From assembly GCA_005878835.1 (NCBI GenBank), contig VBMV01000058.1:9148-73147 (forward strand): DNA of 64,000 nucleotides. Reading direction: 5' to 3'. The notes beneath the pieces are model-generated. The model worked only from the letters and a program-made list of their open reading frames with translations, searched no databases and had not been told where the DNA came from. Positions 19,063 through 29,666 of the stretch are shown piece by piece. The translations under genes and the position numbers were made by a program. Source of the stretch: Gammaproteobacteria bacterium. GTDB lineage: Bacteria; Pseudomonadota; Gammaproteobacteria; Steroidobacterales; Steroidobacteraceae. Positions within the stretch are counted from its first letter, which is position 1. Each line of letters begins with the position of its first letter.

Positions 19063-19482
19063 ATGATGCGGCCGCGCGCCCGACTCAAGCCCCTGACGCT
19101 CACGCGCGCCGAGCAGGAGCAGCTCGAGCGGTGGGTGCGGGATTGTCGCGGCCGCCGAGCGCTGGCGGTGCGAGCGCGGATCGTGCTCGCTTGCCAGGCG
19201 GCTTGCTCGAATCGAGAGACCGCGAAACGGCTGCGGGTCACCCCGCAGACTGTCGGCAAATGGCGAACACGTTACCTCGCGCAGGGCATGCAGGGTCTGG
19301 CGGATCGGACGCGCACCGGGGCGCCGCGCTCGATCAGCGATGCCCTGGTGGCGGCCGTGCTCGCGAAGACGCTGCACCATAAGCCGCCGGATGCAGTGCG
19401 CTGGAGCAGCCGTCGCCTCGGCGCGACTCTCGGAGTTTCGCAGCGCACGGTGTTGCGCATCTGGCGCACCTTCGGGCTGTAG
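19063..19482 (+). pseudogene. IS630-family transposase, N-terminal HTH fragment only (DDE domain missing)
   Basis: The motifs LTLTRAEQEQLERWVR, ALAVRARIVLACQ, VTPQTVGKWRTRY, GAPRSISD and RIWRTFGL match the usual IS630 N-terminus. The ORF stops exactly where intact copies continue (QPHR...), and no DDE domain follows. Confidence 0.75.
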
Positions 19483-19699
19483 CGCCGCTGCAGGGCGGCG
19501 TGCACTCACACGCGACGCGCTCCCCATTCAACTTAAGGTCGCATGCTTCAACGAATATGTGGCTCAATCCAACTTCCCAACTTCGCTCCGGGCTGCCGAA
19601 ACCGCTATTTTCCAGCTCATTTGCAACTGTTTGAAATATGTCCGCGCGTCGGGCACGCGCGACACGTCGACTCCTGTCGCGACGGCGTGTACAACACGC

Positions 19700-19718
19700 A
19701 TGCAACTTCGTGTTGCAT
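19700..19718. promoter_or_regulatory. Inverted repeat immediately upstream of the di-heme oxidoreductase RBS
   Basis: ATGCAAC-ttcgt-GTTGCAT, followed by AGGGGG and ATG 19733. Two further small hairpins lie just upstream: CGTGT-aca-ACACG at 19686-19698 and CGCGACA-N10-TGTCGCG at 19658-19681. Confidence 0.3.
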
Positions 19719-19732
19719 CGAGGGGGTCAACA

Positions 19733-21106
19733 ATGCGCCGGAACTACACAGCGATCCATGTCATATGCGCCGCACTGCTGTTTGCTTTGAGCGCCCTGGG
19801 GGCCACAGCGGCTCTGGCGCAGGCTATCGATCCCGGAGTGCGCCAGGCGGCCACGGACAACGGTCCGCCGCCGCCGCTGACGGGCCTCACCACCGACGAG
19901 CGCACTTTCTTTGACGACGGTTTAGAGCGCTTTTCGTCGGTCAAGCTCGTCCGCAGCACGAGCGGCGACAACAGCGGACTGGGACCGCGCTTCAACTCGA
20001 ATCAATGCTCTTCGTGCCACCTGCAGCCATTTGTCGGCGGATCGAGCCCCGCCATCAATCCGCTGTCCGCGGTCGCCAGCGCTGGAGGCGCGACCAACGC
20101 TGTGCCGTGGTTCATCGTGCAGAACGGACCGATCCGCGAAGCGCGCTTCGTATCCGATGGCGGCGTCCATGACCTGTTCGTCGTCACCGGCCGCAGCGAC
20201 GCGCCCGGCTGCAATATTGCGCAGCCGGTGTTTACGCCGGCCGGGAATGGCCTGAGCGGCCGGGGCGGAAACCCCAACATCGTGTTTCGCATCCCGACGC
20301 CGCTACTGGGCGCGGGTCTCATCGAGGCGATTCCCGAATCCACGATCCTCGACAACGCGCGCGCCAACACGCTCATCAAGGGCCTCTTCGGCGTGTCGGG
20401 ACGCCCAAATCGCAGTGGCAATGACGGCACCATCACGCGCTTCGGCTGGAAGGCCCAGAACAAGTCCCTGCTGCTCTTCTCCGGTGAAGCCTACAACGTC
20501 GAAATGGGCATCTCGAACCTGCTCTTTCCTCAGGAGCGTGACGAGACCCCGGCATGCCAGGGCACGGGGAACCTGACGCCCAACGACACGGCCACCTTTG
20601 CCTCCACCACCGCTACCGACGTCCTGTCGGACATGGAGGGATTCGCCGATTTCATGCGCACGCTGGCCGCGCCGGCGCCGGCGCAGCCGACCGCCTCAAG
20701 TGAACACGGCCGCGCGCTGTTCACGATCGTGGGTTGCGCCCTGTGCCATACCCCGGCGCTGACCACCGGCCCTGCCATCGGCAACGGCGATGAGGGCCTG
20801 GCCAGTGCGGCCCTGTCGAACCAGCAGGCGCGCCTGTTCTCGGATCTGCTCCTGCACCGTATGGGCGCGGGATTGGCGGACGGGATCACTCAGGGCGCCG
20901 CGGGGCCGGACGAATTCCGTACCGCGCCGCTATGGGGTGTCGGGCAGCGCGTATTCTTCCTGCACGACGGGCGCACCAGCAACCTGATTCAGGCGATCCG
21001 TTTCCACGCCAGTCCGGGGAGCGAGGCGAATCTGGTTGTCTGGAATTACTTCCTGCTGGGCTCCCAGGATCAGCAGGACCTGATCAATTTCCTGCGTTCG
21101 CTGTAG
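19733..21106 (+). CDS. Secreted di-heme oxidoreductase / putative peroxidase (DUF1111-type)
   Basis: Signal peptide ending ALAQA, and two CxxCH heme motifs (CSSCH, CALCH). The motifs FGWKAQNKSLL, FRTAPLWGVGQR and FLHDGR are typical of the family. Confidence 0.85.
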   Translation: MRRNYTAIHVICAALLFALSALGATAALAQAIDPGVRQAATDNGPPPPLTGLTTDERTFFDDGLERFSSVKLVRSTSGDNSGLGPRFNSNQCSSCHLQPFVGGSSPAINPLSAVASAGGATNAVPWFIVQNGPIREARFVSDGGVHDLFVVTGRSDAPGCNIAQPVFTPAGNGLSGRGGNPNIVFRIPTPLLGAGLIEAIPESTILDNARANTLIKGLFGVSGRPNRSGNDGTITRFGWKAQNKSLLLFSGEAYNVEMGISNLLFPQERDETPACQGTGNLTPNDTATFASTTATDVLSDMEGFADFMRTLAAPAPAQPTASSEHGRALFTIVGCALCHTPALTTGPAIGNGDEGLASAALSNQQARLFSDLLLHRMGAGLADGITQGAAGPDEFRTAPLWGVGQRVFFLHDGRTSNLIQAIRFHASPGSEANLVVWNYFLLGSQDQQDLINFLRSL

Positions 21107-21151
21107 AGGCGGGTGCCGGGGGATCGGGCGTGCGAGTTGCCGACCGGGGTG

Positions 21152-21619
21152 TCAGTCCAGCTTGACATAGCTCAAGGGCAGGGCGGTCGTGTATTTGATG
21201 GTTTCGAGGGTGAAGCTGGCGCTCACGTCCAGAAACTGCACCGCCGAGATGAGGCGCTTGTACACCACGTCGTACGCGTCGATATCGGGCACCACGATGC
21301 GCATCAGATAGTCGACCTCACCGCTCATGCGGTGGATTTCCGTCACTTCCGGTATGTCGCGCACCGCGCACACGAACTTCTCGAACCACTCTTCACTGTG
21401 ATTGGCGGTCTTGAGCGTCACGAACACCGTCGTGCCGACGTTCAATGAGCGCGCATCGAGCAGCGCCACGGTCTGTTTGATGACCCCGTCCTCCTGGAGC
21501 CTCTTGATGCGGCGCCAGCACGGCGCCTTGGACAGGCCGACGCGGTCCGCGATCTCCGCGGCCGTGAGGGTGCCGTTGTTCTGGAGCAGGTCCAGGATTT
21601 TGCGATCCAGCTTGTCCAT
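21152..21619 (-). CDS. Lrp/AsnC-family transcriptional regulator
   Basis: N-terminus MDKLDRKILDLLQNNGTLTAAEIADRVGLSKAPCWRRIKRLQEDGVI (HTH), followed by a C-terminal RAM/AsnC ligand domain. Confidence 0.92.
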   Translation of the reverse strand: MDKLDRKILDLLQNNGTLTAAEIADRVGLSKAPCWRRIKRLQEDGVIKQTVALLDARSLNVGTTVFVTLKTANHSEEWFEKFVCAVRDIPEVTEIHRMSGEVDYLMRIVVPDIDAYDVVYKRLISAVQFLDVSASFTLETIKYTTALPLSYVKLD

Positions 21620-21648
21620 GAAACGCTTTGCGTCCCCTGCTCCCGCGC

Positions 21649-21665
21649 GCGCAACATTGTTGCGC
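21649..21665. promoter_or_regulatory. Perfect 17-bp palindrome in the Lrp / DUF6356 divergent intergenic region (candidate operator)
   Basis: GCGCAACA-T-TGTTGCGC, with 8-bp arms and a 1-nt centre. It lies 30 nt upstream of the Lrp-family ATG (21619). Confidence 0.35.
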
Positions 21666-21729
21666 AGACCCGGGCCGTTTGCCATGCCTTCGCAACCGCG
21701 TCGCCGGCCCGAAAGGCTAGTGTGGGAGC

Positions 21730-21978
21730 ATGGATGTGATCCGGCTTTTTAGCGAGCACCCCGCGTCCGTCGGCGAGACGTACGGCGAGCACATGTCCAG
21801 AGCCGCGTGCTTCGGCGTACGCATGATGCTGGCCGGCATGGCCTGCCTGGTGCATGCCGTGCTGCCCTTCCTGTTCGTGCGCACGGGTAGCCGAACCATC
21901 GTCGAGCTCAACGACCGCCTGGCCGTCGATCGCCGTGTTTCGCCGCCGATCATGAGCGGTGAGCGGCTGCCGCTGTAA
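21730..21978 (+). CDS. Small membrane protein, DUF6356-like
   Basis: The 82-aa product (FSEHPASVGETYGEHMSRAACFG...LPFLFVRTGSRT) matches my recollection of DUF6356 proteins. It is divergent from the Lrp gene. Confidence 0.5.
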   Translation: MDVIRLFSEHPASVGETYGEHMSRAACFGVRMMLAGMACLVHAVLPFLFVRTGSRTIVELNDRLAVDRRVSPPIMSGERLPL

Positions 21979-22062
21979 AGCGGGCGGGCTCTCGTTCGAT
22001 GCCGCAGCTCGCACGCGGAAGCTGCCGATGCCTTGGTGCACGCCGCGTGACCGGGCCTCAAA

Positions 22063-22917
22063 TCAGGGCGGACTGTTGATGAGGTAGCCGCCCGACTTCG
22101 CATCGCGCTCGAGCGTGATCAGGCGCCGCTCGGCCGCTTCCTCCAGCAGCTTGTTGAACGAACGGAAGCCGTAGTAGCTTTCGTTGAATCCCGGGCGGCG
22201 CCGCTTCAGCGTCTGCTTGACCATCGAGCCCCAGATCCTGTCCTCCGCGCCGCGCTCGGCGAGCAGGGCCTCGACGGTGGCGAGCACGAGCTCGAACGCC
22301 TCCTGCTTCTTGTCCTCCTCCTTCGGCTCCCCGTCCCTGGCTTGCGCCGCAGCCGGCGCGGCAGCCGCATCGGCGGCCGGCGCGGGGGCCGCCTCGGCGG
22401 CGGGCGGCCTCTTGCGCGGGCTGCGGCGGCCCTTGAGTTGCTCGCGCACGAGGTCGTCGTAGTAGATGAACTCATCGCAGCTGGCGATCAGCAGGTCGGA
22501 GGTCGAATTCTTCACCCCCACGCCGATCACCCCTTTGTCGTTCTCGCGCAGCTTGCTCACCAGCGGGGAGAAATCGGAGTCGCCGCTGATGATCACGAAG
22601 GTGTCGACGTGCGTCTTGGTGTAGCACAGATCCAGGGCGTCGACGACCATGCGGATATCGGCGGAGTTCTTGCCCGACTGCTTGACGTGCGGGATCTCGA
22701 TGAGCTCGAAGCCGGCCTGGTGCATGCCGGCCTTGAACTCCTTGTAGCGATCCCAGTCGCAGTAGGCCTTCTTGACGACGATGGAGCCCTTGAGCAGCAG
22801 CCGCTCGAGCACCCGGTTGATGTCGAACTGGGCATAGCGCGCGTCGCGCACGCCGAGGGCGATGTTCTCGAAATCGCAGAACAGCGCGAGGTTGGTGGTC
22901 TCGGCGGCGGTGGGCAT
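22063..22917 (-). CDS. NYN (LabA-like PIN) nuclease domain protein with C-terminal OST-HTH/LOTUS domain
   Basis: The NYN core is ALFCDFENI ... [10 protein letters not shown] ... [14 protein letters not shown]. An Ala/Pro-rich linker follows, then a LOTUS-like C-terminus ([33 protein letters not shown]). Confidence 0.85.
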   Translation of the reverse strand: MPTAAETTNLALFCDFENIALGVRDARYAQFDINRVLERLLLKGSIVVKKAYCDWDRYKEFKAGMHQAGFELIEIPHVKQSGKNSADIRMVVDALDLCYTKTHVDTFVIISGDSDFSPLVSKLRENDKGVIGVGVKNSTSDLLIASCDEFIYYDDLVREQLKGRRSPRKRPPAAEAAPAPAADAAAAPAAAQARDGEPKEEDKKQEAFELVLATVEALLAERGAEDRIWGSMVKQTLKRRRPGFNESYYGFRSFNKLLEEAAERRLITLERDAKSGGYLINSPP

Positions 22918-23024
22918 GGCGAATCTTATTCTGCCAGGAGCTGGCGTGGAAGGCGGGCGTTTTCGGCCTGCGGCCCTCCTCGGCGAGCGCCTCGCGGTAC
23001 ACTGCGGCGCAGGGAGGATGTGCC

Positions 23025-23621
23025 GTGCCGAATCGAGCCAGGATTTCCCGGCGCGCCGCCGAGGGCGCGGTGCGCACGCTGTTACGCTGGGCGGGTGAGG
23101 ACCCGCGCCGCGAGGGCCTGCGCGACACCCCGCATCGGGTCGTGGATGCCTATCGCGACTGGTTTTCCGGCTACCAGATCGACCCGGCCGCCTACCTGCG
23201 GCGCACCTTCGAGCAAGTCGGCGGCTACGACGAGATGATCGTGCTGCGCGACATCAGCTTCGAGTCGCATTGCGAGCACCACATGGCGCCCATCATCGGA
23301 CGGGTGCATATCGGCTACCTGCCCGCCAACAAGGTGGTCGGCATCAGCAAGCTCGCGCGCGTGGTCGACGGCTATGCGCGGCGCCTGCAGGTGCAGGAGA
23401 AGCTCACCTCGCAGATCGCCGACTGCATCACCGCGGTGCTCAAGCCGCGCGGGGTCGGCGTGGTGGTGGACGCCGTGCACGAGTGCATGACCACGCGCGG
23501 GGTGCACAAGCGCAACGTGTCGATGGTCACCAGCCGCATGACCGGCACCTTCCGCAGCGATGCCCGCACCCGGGCCGAGTTCCTGCGCTTCATCGACATC
23601 GCCGGCGCCCGCGAGCTCTGA
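23025..23621 (+). CDS. folE: GTP cyclohydrolase I
   Basis: Motifs [40 protein letters not shown] and HECMTTRG. Confidence 0.95.
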   Translation: MPNRARISRRAAEGAVRTLLRWAGEDPRREGLRDTPHRVVDAYRDWFSGYQIDPAAYLRRTFEQVGGYDEMIVLRDISFESHCEHHMAPIIGRVHIGYLPANKVVGISKLARVVDGYARRLQVQEKLTSQIADCITAVLKPRGVGVVVDAVHECMTTRGVHKRNVSMVTSRMTGTFRSDARTRAEFLRFIDIAGAREL

Positions 23622-23656
23622 GCGCAAGGCCAGGCGCAGTCGCGCTCACCCGCTCC

Positions 23657-25480
<1,824 letters not shown>

Positions 25481-25611
25481 GGCTGGCTGGCCCGCGAGCG
25501 CCGGCGGGCTTGGGCCCGCGGGCGAGCGGAGTCTAAAAAGGGTGCGCAGGGTAGCAGATTCGCCCGCCGGCCGCCTCGTTTTGCGCCCCACAGGCCGGGC
25601 GCTGGGCCGGG

Positions 25612-26034
25612 TCAGGCCTTCGGTGAGCCGATGCGCAGCGCCACGGTGGCGAGGCGCACCTCGATGAAGAAGGCGATGAAGGCCGCGCTCAGGCACAGCA
25701 TGGCGGCCACGAACAGCAGCGCGATCAGCAGCGCGAGCTCCGAGCCCATGAACGCGTTGGCAAACAGCGTCACGACCACCAGCGCCACCAGCAGTGCCGC
25801 GATCGCGCACAACGAGATCGCCACGTTGGTGTAGCGGGCGCGCCGCGCCAGTACCGCAAGATCCGCGTGCAGGTGCTGCGCGCTGCCCGGGTGACCCGCG
25901 AGGCGCTGCTCGAGTGTGCGCGCCCGGTCAACGATGCGCGCCAGGCGGTTGGTGAGCACACCGAGCGTGGCGGCGACGCCGGTCAGCAGGAACACCGGGG
26001 CAACCGCCGACTGGATCAGACGCGCGATATCCAT
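25612..26034 (-). CDS. DUF2721-like membrane protein
   Basis: Start at [20 protein letters not shown]. There are three hydrophobic segments around a charged [13 protein letters not shown] helix. Confidence 0.6.
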   Translation of the reverse strand: MDIARLIQSAVAPVFLLTGVAATLGVLTNRLARIVDRARTLEQRLAGHPGSAQHLHADLAVLARRARYTNVAISLCAIAALLVALVVVTLFANAFMGSELALLIALLFVAAMLCLSAAFIAFFIEVRLATVALRIGSPKA

Positions 26035-26133
26035 GAGCCCTGACACTCCGAAACCAAAACGGCTCCGCCGGCCAGGCGGGCAACGCTGCGGGTGGGGCAG
26101 CAAGCGGCGGATATTGCGGCTGCGGTTGCTGCT

Positions 26134-26151
26134 GTTGTACGATCGTTCAAC
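26134..26151. promoter_or_regulatory. Near-perfect 18-bp palindrome upstream of the Rieske operon (candidate TetR operator)
   Basis: GTTGTACGATCGTTCAAC matches its reverse complement at 16 of 18 positions, with a perfect ACGATCGT core. It ends 30 nt before ATG 26181. The only regulator in the operon is the TetR at 28989. Confidence 0.35.
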
Positions 26152-26180
26152 AACGTACCCTCGGCACGCCGCGTAGTCCC

Positions 26181-27356
26181 ATGAAGCCCAGCCATCTGCA
26201 GTCAGTCGAACCGGCCGCGCCCGCCGACACGGACGGGGTCAGTCTACCCGCCTGGATTTACCGGGATGCGGAATTCTTCGAGCGCGAGCAGCAGGCGATC
26301 TTCCGCAACAGCTGGCAGCTGGTGTGCCACCTGAGCGACGTGCCGCGCCCGGGGGACTTCCATACCTTCGAGTTCTACGGCGAATCGGTGCTGGTGCTGC
26401 GCGCCGAGGACGGCGCGGTGCGGGCATTTCACAATGTCTGCCGGCACCGCGCCGCGCGCCTGCTCGACGGGCCGCGCGGCCACTGCGGGGGCCGCATCAC
26501 CTGCCCGTACCACGCCTGGACCTATGCCCTCGACGGACGCCTGGTCGGTGTGCCGCAGCGCGACAGCTTCCCCGGGCTCGATCGGGCGCGGCACGGGCTC
26601 GTGCCGCTCGAGCACGAGCTGTTCATGGGCTTCGTCTTCGTGCGCTTCGCGCCCGGGTTGCCGAGCGTGCGCGAGATGGCGGCGCCGTACGCGCACGAGC
26701 TCGCGCCCTACCGCCTGGAGGAGCTGGTGCCGCTCGGGCGGGTCACGCTGCGCCCGCGGGCGGTGAACTGGAAGAACGTCGCGGACAACTATTCCGACGG
26801 CCTGCACATCAACGTGGCGCACCCGGGGCTGACGCGCCTGTTCGGCCAGGGTTACGGCATCGAGGCGCGCCCCTGGATCGACAAGATGTGGGGCACGCTG
26901 CGCGCTGCGCCTTCGGCCAACTGGTCCGAGCGGCTCTACCAGCGGCTGCTGCCGCAGCTCCCCGCTCTGCCGCCCGAACGGCAGCGGCTGTGGACCTACT
27001 TCAAGCTCTGGCCGAACCTCGCCTTCGACATCTACCCCGACCAGATCGACTTCATGCAGTTCCTGCCGGTATCGCCCACCGAGACCCTGATTCGCGAGAT
27101 CGCCTATGCGCACCCGGACGCGCGCCGCGAGATGCGCGCCGCGCGCTATCTGAACTGGCGCATCAACCGGCGCGTCAGTCTCGAGGACAAGGCGCTGATC
27201 GAGCGGGTACAGGCGGGCATGGCCTCGAGCAGCTACACCTGCGGACCCTTGAGCGAAGGCGAGGTGTGCCTGCGCAGTTTCGCGCGGCGCATGCGCGAGC
27301 TGATTCCGGAAAGCGTCCTGCCGCGGGCTCCGGCGCGCGGGTGGAGCCGTGGCTGA
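26181..27356 (+). CDS. Rieske [2Fe-2S] non-heme-iron oxygenase, alpha-subunit type (choline-monooxygenase-like)
   Basis: Rieske motif CRHRAARL...CPYHAWTY. The mononuclear iron motif is DNYSDGLHINVAH. Confidence 0.9.
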   Translation: MKPSHLQSVEPAAPADTDGVSLPAWIYRDAEFFEREQQAIFRNSWQLVCHLSDVPRPGDFHTFEFYGESVLVLRAEDGAVRAFHNVCRHRAARLLDGPRGHCGGRITCPYHAWTYALDGRLVGVPQRDSFPGLDRARHGLVPLEHELFMGFVFVRFAPGLPSVREMAAPYAHELAPYRLEELVPLGRVTLRPRAVNWKNVADNYSDGLHINVAHPGLTRLFGQGYGIEARPWIDKMWGTLRAAPSANWSERLYQRLLPQLPALPPERQRLWTYFKLWPNLAFDIYPDQIDFMQFLPVSPTETLIREIAYAHPDARREMRAARYLNWRINRRVSLEDKALIERVQAGMASSSYTCGPLSEGEVCLRSFARRMRELIPESVLPRAPARGWSRG

Positions 27357-28992
27357 GGCGGCGCGGCGCGGCGACGGCAGTTGCGATGCGCTGATCATCG
27401 GTGGCGGACACAACGGGCTGGTGTGCGCCGCGTACCTGGCCGGCGCCGGGCTCAAGGTCACCGTGCTCGAGCGGCGCGCGCTGGTCGGCGGCGCCGCGGT
27501 CACCGAGGAGTTCCATCCCGGGTTCCGTAACTCGGTCGCCGCCTATACGGTCTCGCTCCTGAACCCGAAGGTCATCCGCGACCTCGATCTCGCCGGCCAC
27601 GGCCTGCGCATCGTCGAGCGGCGCTGCGCCAACTTCCTGCCGACCGCCGACGGCGGCTATCTGCTCACCGGCGAGGGCCGCACGCAGGCGGAGGTGGCGC
27701 GCTTCTCGGCGCGCGATGCGGCCCGCCTGCCCGAATACGCCGAGCGGCTCGAGGCCGTCGCGGACGTGCTGCGGGAGCTGGCGCTGACCACGCCGCCGAA
27801 CGTGCTCGAAGGCAGCTGGCGCGCGGCGCTGCCGGAGCTGGTGCGCGCGGCGCGCGTCGGCGGCCGCCTGCGGCGGCTCGACATGAGCTCGCGGCGCGAG
27901 CTGCTGGCGCTGTTCGCGATGTCCGCCGGCGACTATCTGGATAACTGGTTCGAGAGCGAGCCGCTCAAGGCGGTGTACGGCTTCGACGGCATCGTCGGCA
28001 ACTACGCGAGCCCGTATACGGCGGGCTCGGCCTACGTGCTGCTGCATCACGTGTTCGGCGAGGTGAACGGCAAGCGCGGGGCGTGGGGTCATGCCATCGG
28101 CGGCATGGGCGCCATCACCCAGGCGATGGCGCGGGCCGCGACGGCGCGCGGCGCGCTGATCCGTGTGTCGACCGCGGTGCGCGAGGTCCTGGTCGAGGGC
28201 GATCGCGCGGTCGGCGTGCTGACCGAGTCGGGCGAGAGCCTGCGCGCGGCGGCCGTGATCTCCAATCTCAACCCGAAGCTGCTGTATCTGGACATGTTCG
28301 CACCTGAGGCCCTGCCGCCGGAGTTCCGCGAGCACATCAGTCACTGGCGCTGCGGCTCCGGGACCTTCCGCATGAACGTGGCGCTCGCCGAGCTGCCGGA
28401 CTTCAGCTGTCTGCCCGGCAGGGCGCCCGCGGACCATCACACCGCGGGCATCATCATTGCGCCGACGCTCGCCTACATGGAGCGGGCCTACTTCGATGCG
28501 CGTACCCTGGGGTGGTCGCGAGCGCCGATCATCGAGCTGGTGATCCCCTCGACGCTCGACGACACGCTCGCGCCCCGGGGTAAGCACGTGGCGAGCCTGT
28601 TCTGCCAGCACGTGGCGCCGCAGCTGCCCGCGGGTGAGTCCTGGGACGCGCACCGCGAGGCGGTCGCGGATCTGATGATCGACACGGTCAACGCCTACGC
28701 CCCGAACTTCAAGGCTGCCGTGCTCGGCCGTCAGATCATGAGTCCGCTCGATCTGGAGCGCACGTTCGGCCTCATCGGTGGGGATATCTCGCACGGCACC
28801 CTGAGCCTCGATCAGCTATTCTGCGCGCGGCCGATGCTCGGTTATGGCAACTACCGCGGACCACTGCAGGGGCTGTACATGTGCGGCGCCGGCACGCATC
28901 CGGGCGGGGGCGTGACGGGCGCTGCGGGTCACAACGCGGCGCGCGAGATACTGAGCGATTTTCGCCACGGGCGGCTGCGGCGGGTGGCGTGA
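27349..28992 (+). CDS. FAD-dependent oxidoreductase of the CrtI/phytoene-desaturase superfamily, PYROXD2-like
   Basis: Dinucleotide-binding motif IIGGGHNGLVCAAYLA. The motifs GGAAVTEE, WFESEPLKA, YVLLHHV, GAWGHAIGGMGA, DLERTFGL.GGDISHG.LSLDQL and PLQGLYMCGAGTHPGGGVTGAAGHNAA are present. The GTG start overlaps the upstream stop by 8 nt. Confidence 0.85.
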   Translation: MAEAARRGDGSCDALIIGGGHNGLVCAAYLAGAGLKVTVLERRALVGGAAVTEEFHPGFRNSVAAYTVSLLNPKVIRDLDLAGHGLRIVERRCANFLPTADGGYLLTGEGRTQAEVARFSARDAARLPEYAERLEAVADVLRELALTTPPNVLEGSWRAALPELVRAARVGGRLRRLDMSSRRELLALFAMSAGDYLDNWFESEPLKAVYGFDGIVGNYASPYTAGSAYVLLHHVFGEVNGKRGAWGHAIGGMGAITQAMARAATARGALIRVSTAVREVLVEGDRAVGVLTESGESLRAAAVISNLNPKLLYLDMFAPEALPPEFREHISHWRCGSGTFRMNVALAELPDFSCLPGRAPADHHTAGIIIAPTLAYMERAYFDARTLGWSRAPIIELVIPSTLDDTLAPRGKHVASLFCQHVAPQLPAGESWDAHREAVADLMIDTVNAYAPNFKAAVLGRQIMSPLDLERTFGLIGGDISHGTLSLDQLFCARPMLGYGNYRGPLQGLYMCGAGTHPGGGVTGAAGHNAAREILSDFRHGRLRRVA

Positions 28993-29666
28993 GCGGCGGC
29001 GGCTCCCCGTCGCGCACGCGCGCCGCGCGGGCGCGCCGGCCGCGTTTCGAGCGCCAGCTGCCGCAGCAGCGGCGCCAGGCGCTGATCGACGCCACCATCG
29101 AGTGTCTGAAGCGCTACGGACACGAGGGACTATCGATCCGCACCATCAGCGCCCAGGCCGGCGTGTCGGTGGGTCTCATCAATCATCACTTTCCCAACAA
29201 GAACCAACTCATCGCGGCGGCCTACCGGCACTTCAACAGCGAGCTGGTCGGCGGCCTGCAGGCGGCGGTGGCGCGTGCCGCGGATTCGCCCCGGGCACGC
29301 ATGCGCGCCTTCCTCGAGGCGTCCTTCTGCCCGCCGAATCTCGACCAGGACGCGCTGGCGGTGTGGGTGGTGTTCTGGGGGCTGTACCGCCACTCGCGCC
29401 TGATCCAGCGGGTGCAGCGGGACACCTACCGCGGCTACGTGCGGCTGTTGCGCGGGATGCTCGCCGAGCGGCTGGCGCAGGCGCGCGCGCCGCACCCCCG
29501 CCGCCCGCGACGCCGGGGGCGGCCCGACCTGCGCCTCGCCGCCATCGGGCTCACCGCGCTCCTGGATGGCCTGTGGCTCGAATGGTGTCTGGAGCCCGGC
29601 GCCTTCCGGCCTGCCGAGGCGGTGGCGCTGTGCGAGGCGTGGGTGGAGGATCTGTGCCGCAGATAG
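28989..29666 (+). CDS. TetR/AcrR-family regulator (BetI-like)
   Basis: HTH region LSIRTISAQAGVSVGLINHHFPNKNQL. The GTG start forms a GTGA overlap with the upstream stop. Confidence 0.88.
   Translation: MSGGGSPSRTRAARARRPRFERQLPQQRRQALIDATIECLKRYGHEGLSIRTISAQAGVSVGLINHHFPNKNQLIAAAYRHFNSELVGGLQAAVARAADSPRARMRAFLEASFCPPNLDQDALAVWVVFWGLYRHSRLIQRVQRDTYRGYVRLLRGMLAERLAQARAPHPRRPRRRGRPDLRLAAIGLTALLDGLWLEWCLEPGAFRPAEAVALCEAWVEDLCRR

Noticed and set aside
18808-19482. Possible intact IS630 insertion sequence.
   Set aside because: Only about 140 codons of the N-terminal HTH region are present. No DDE catalytic domain is present in any frame downstream, and I could not find matching terminal inverted repeats. 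I treat it as a remnant.
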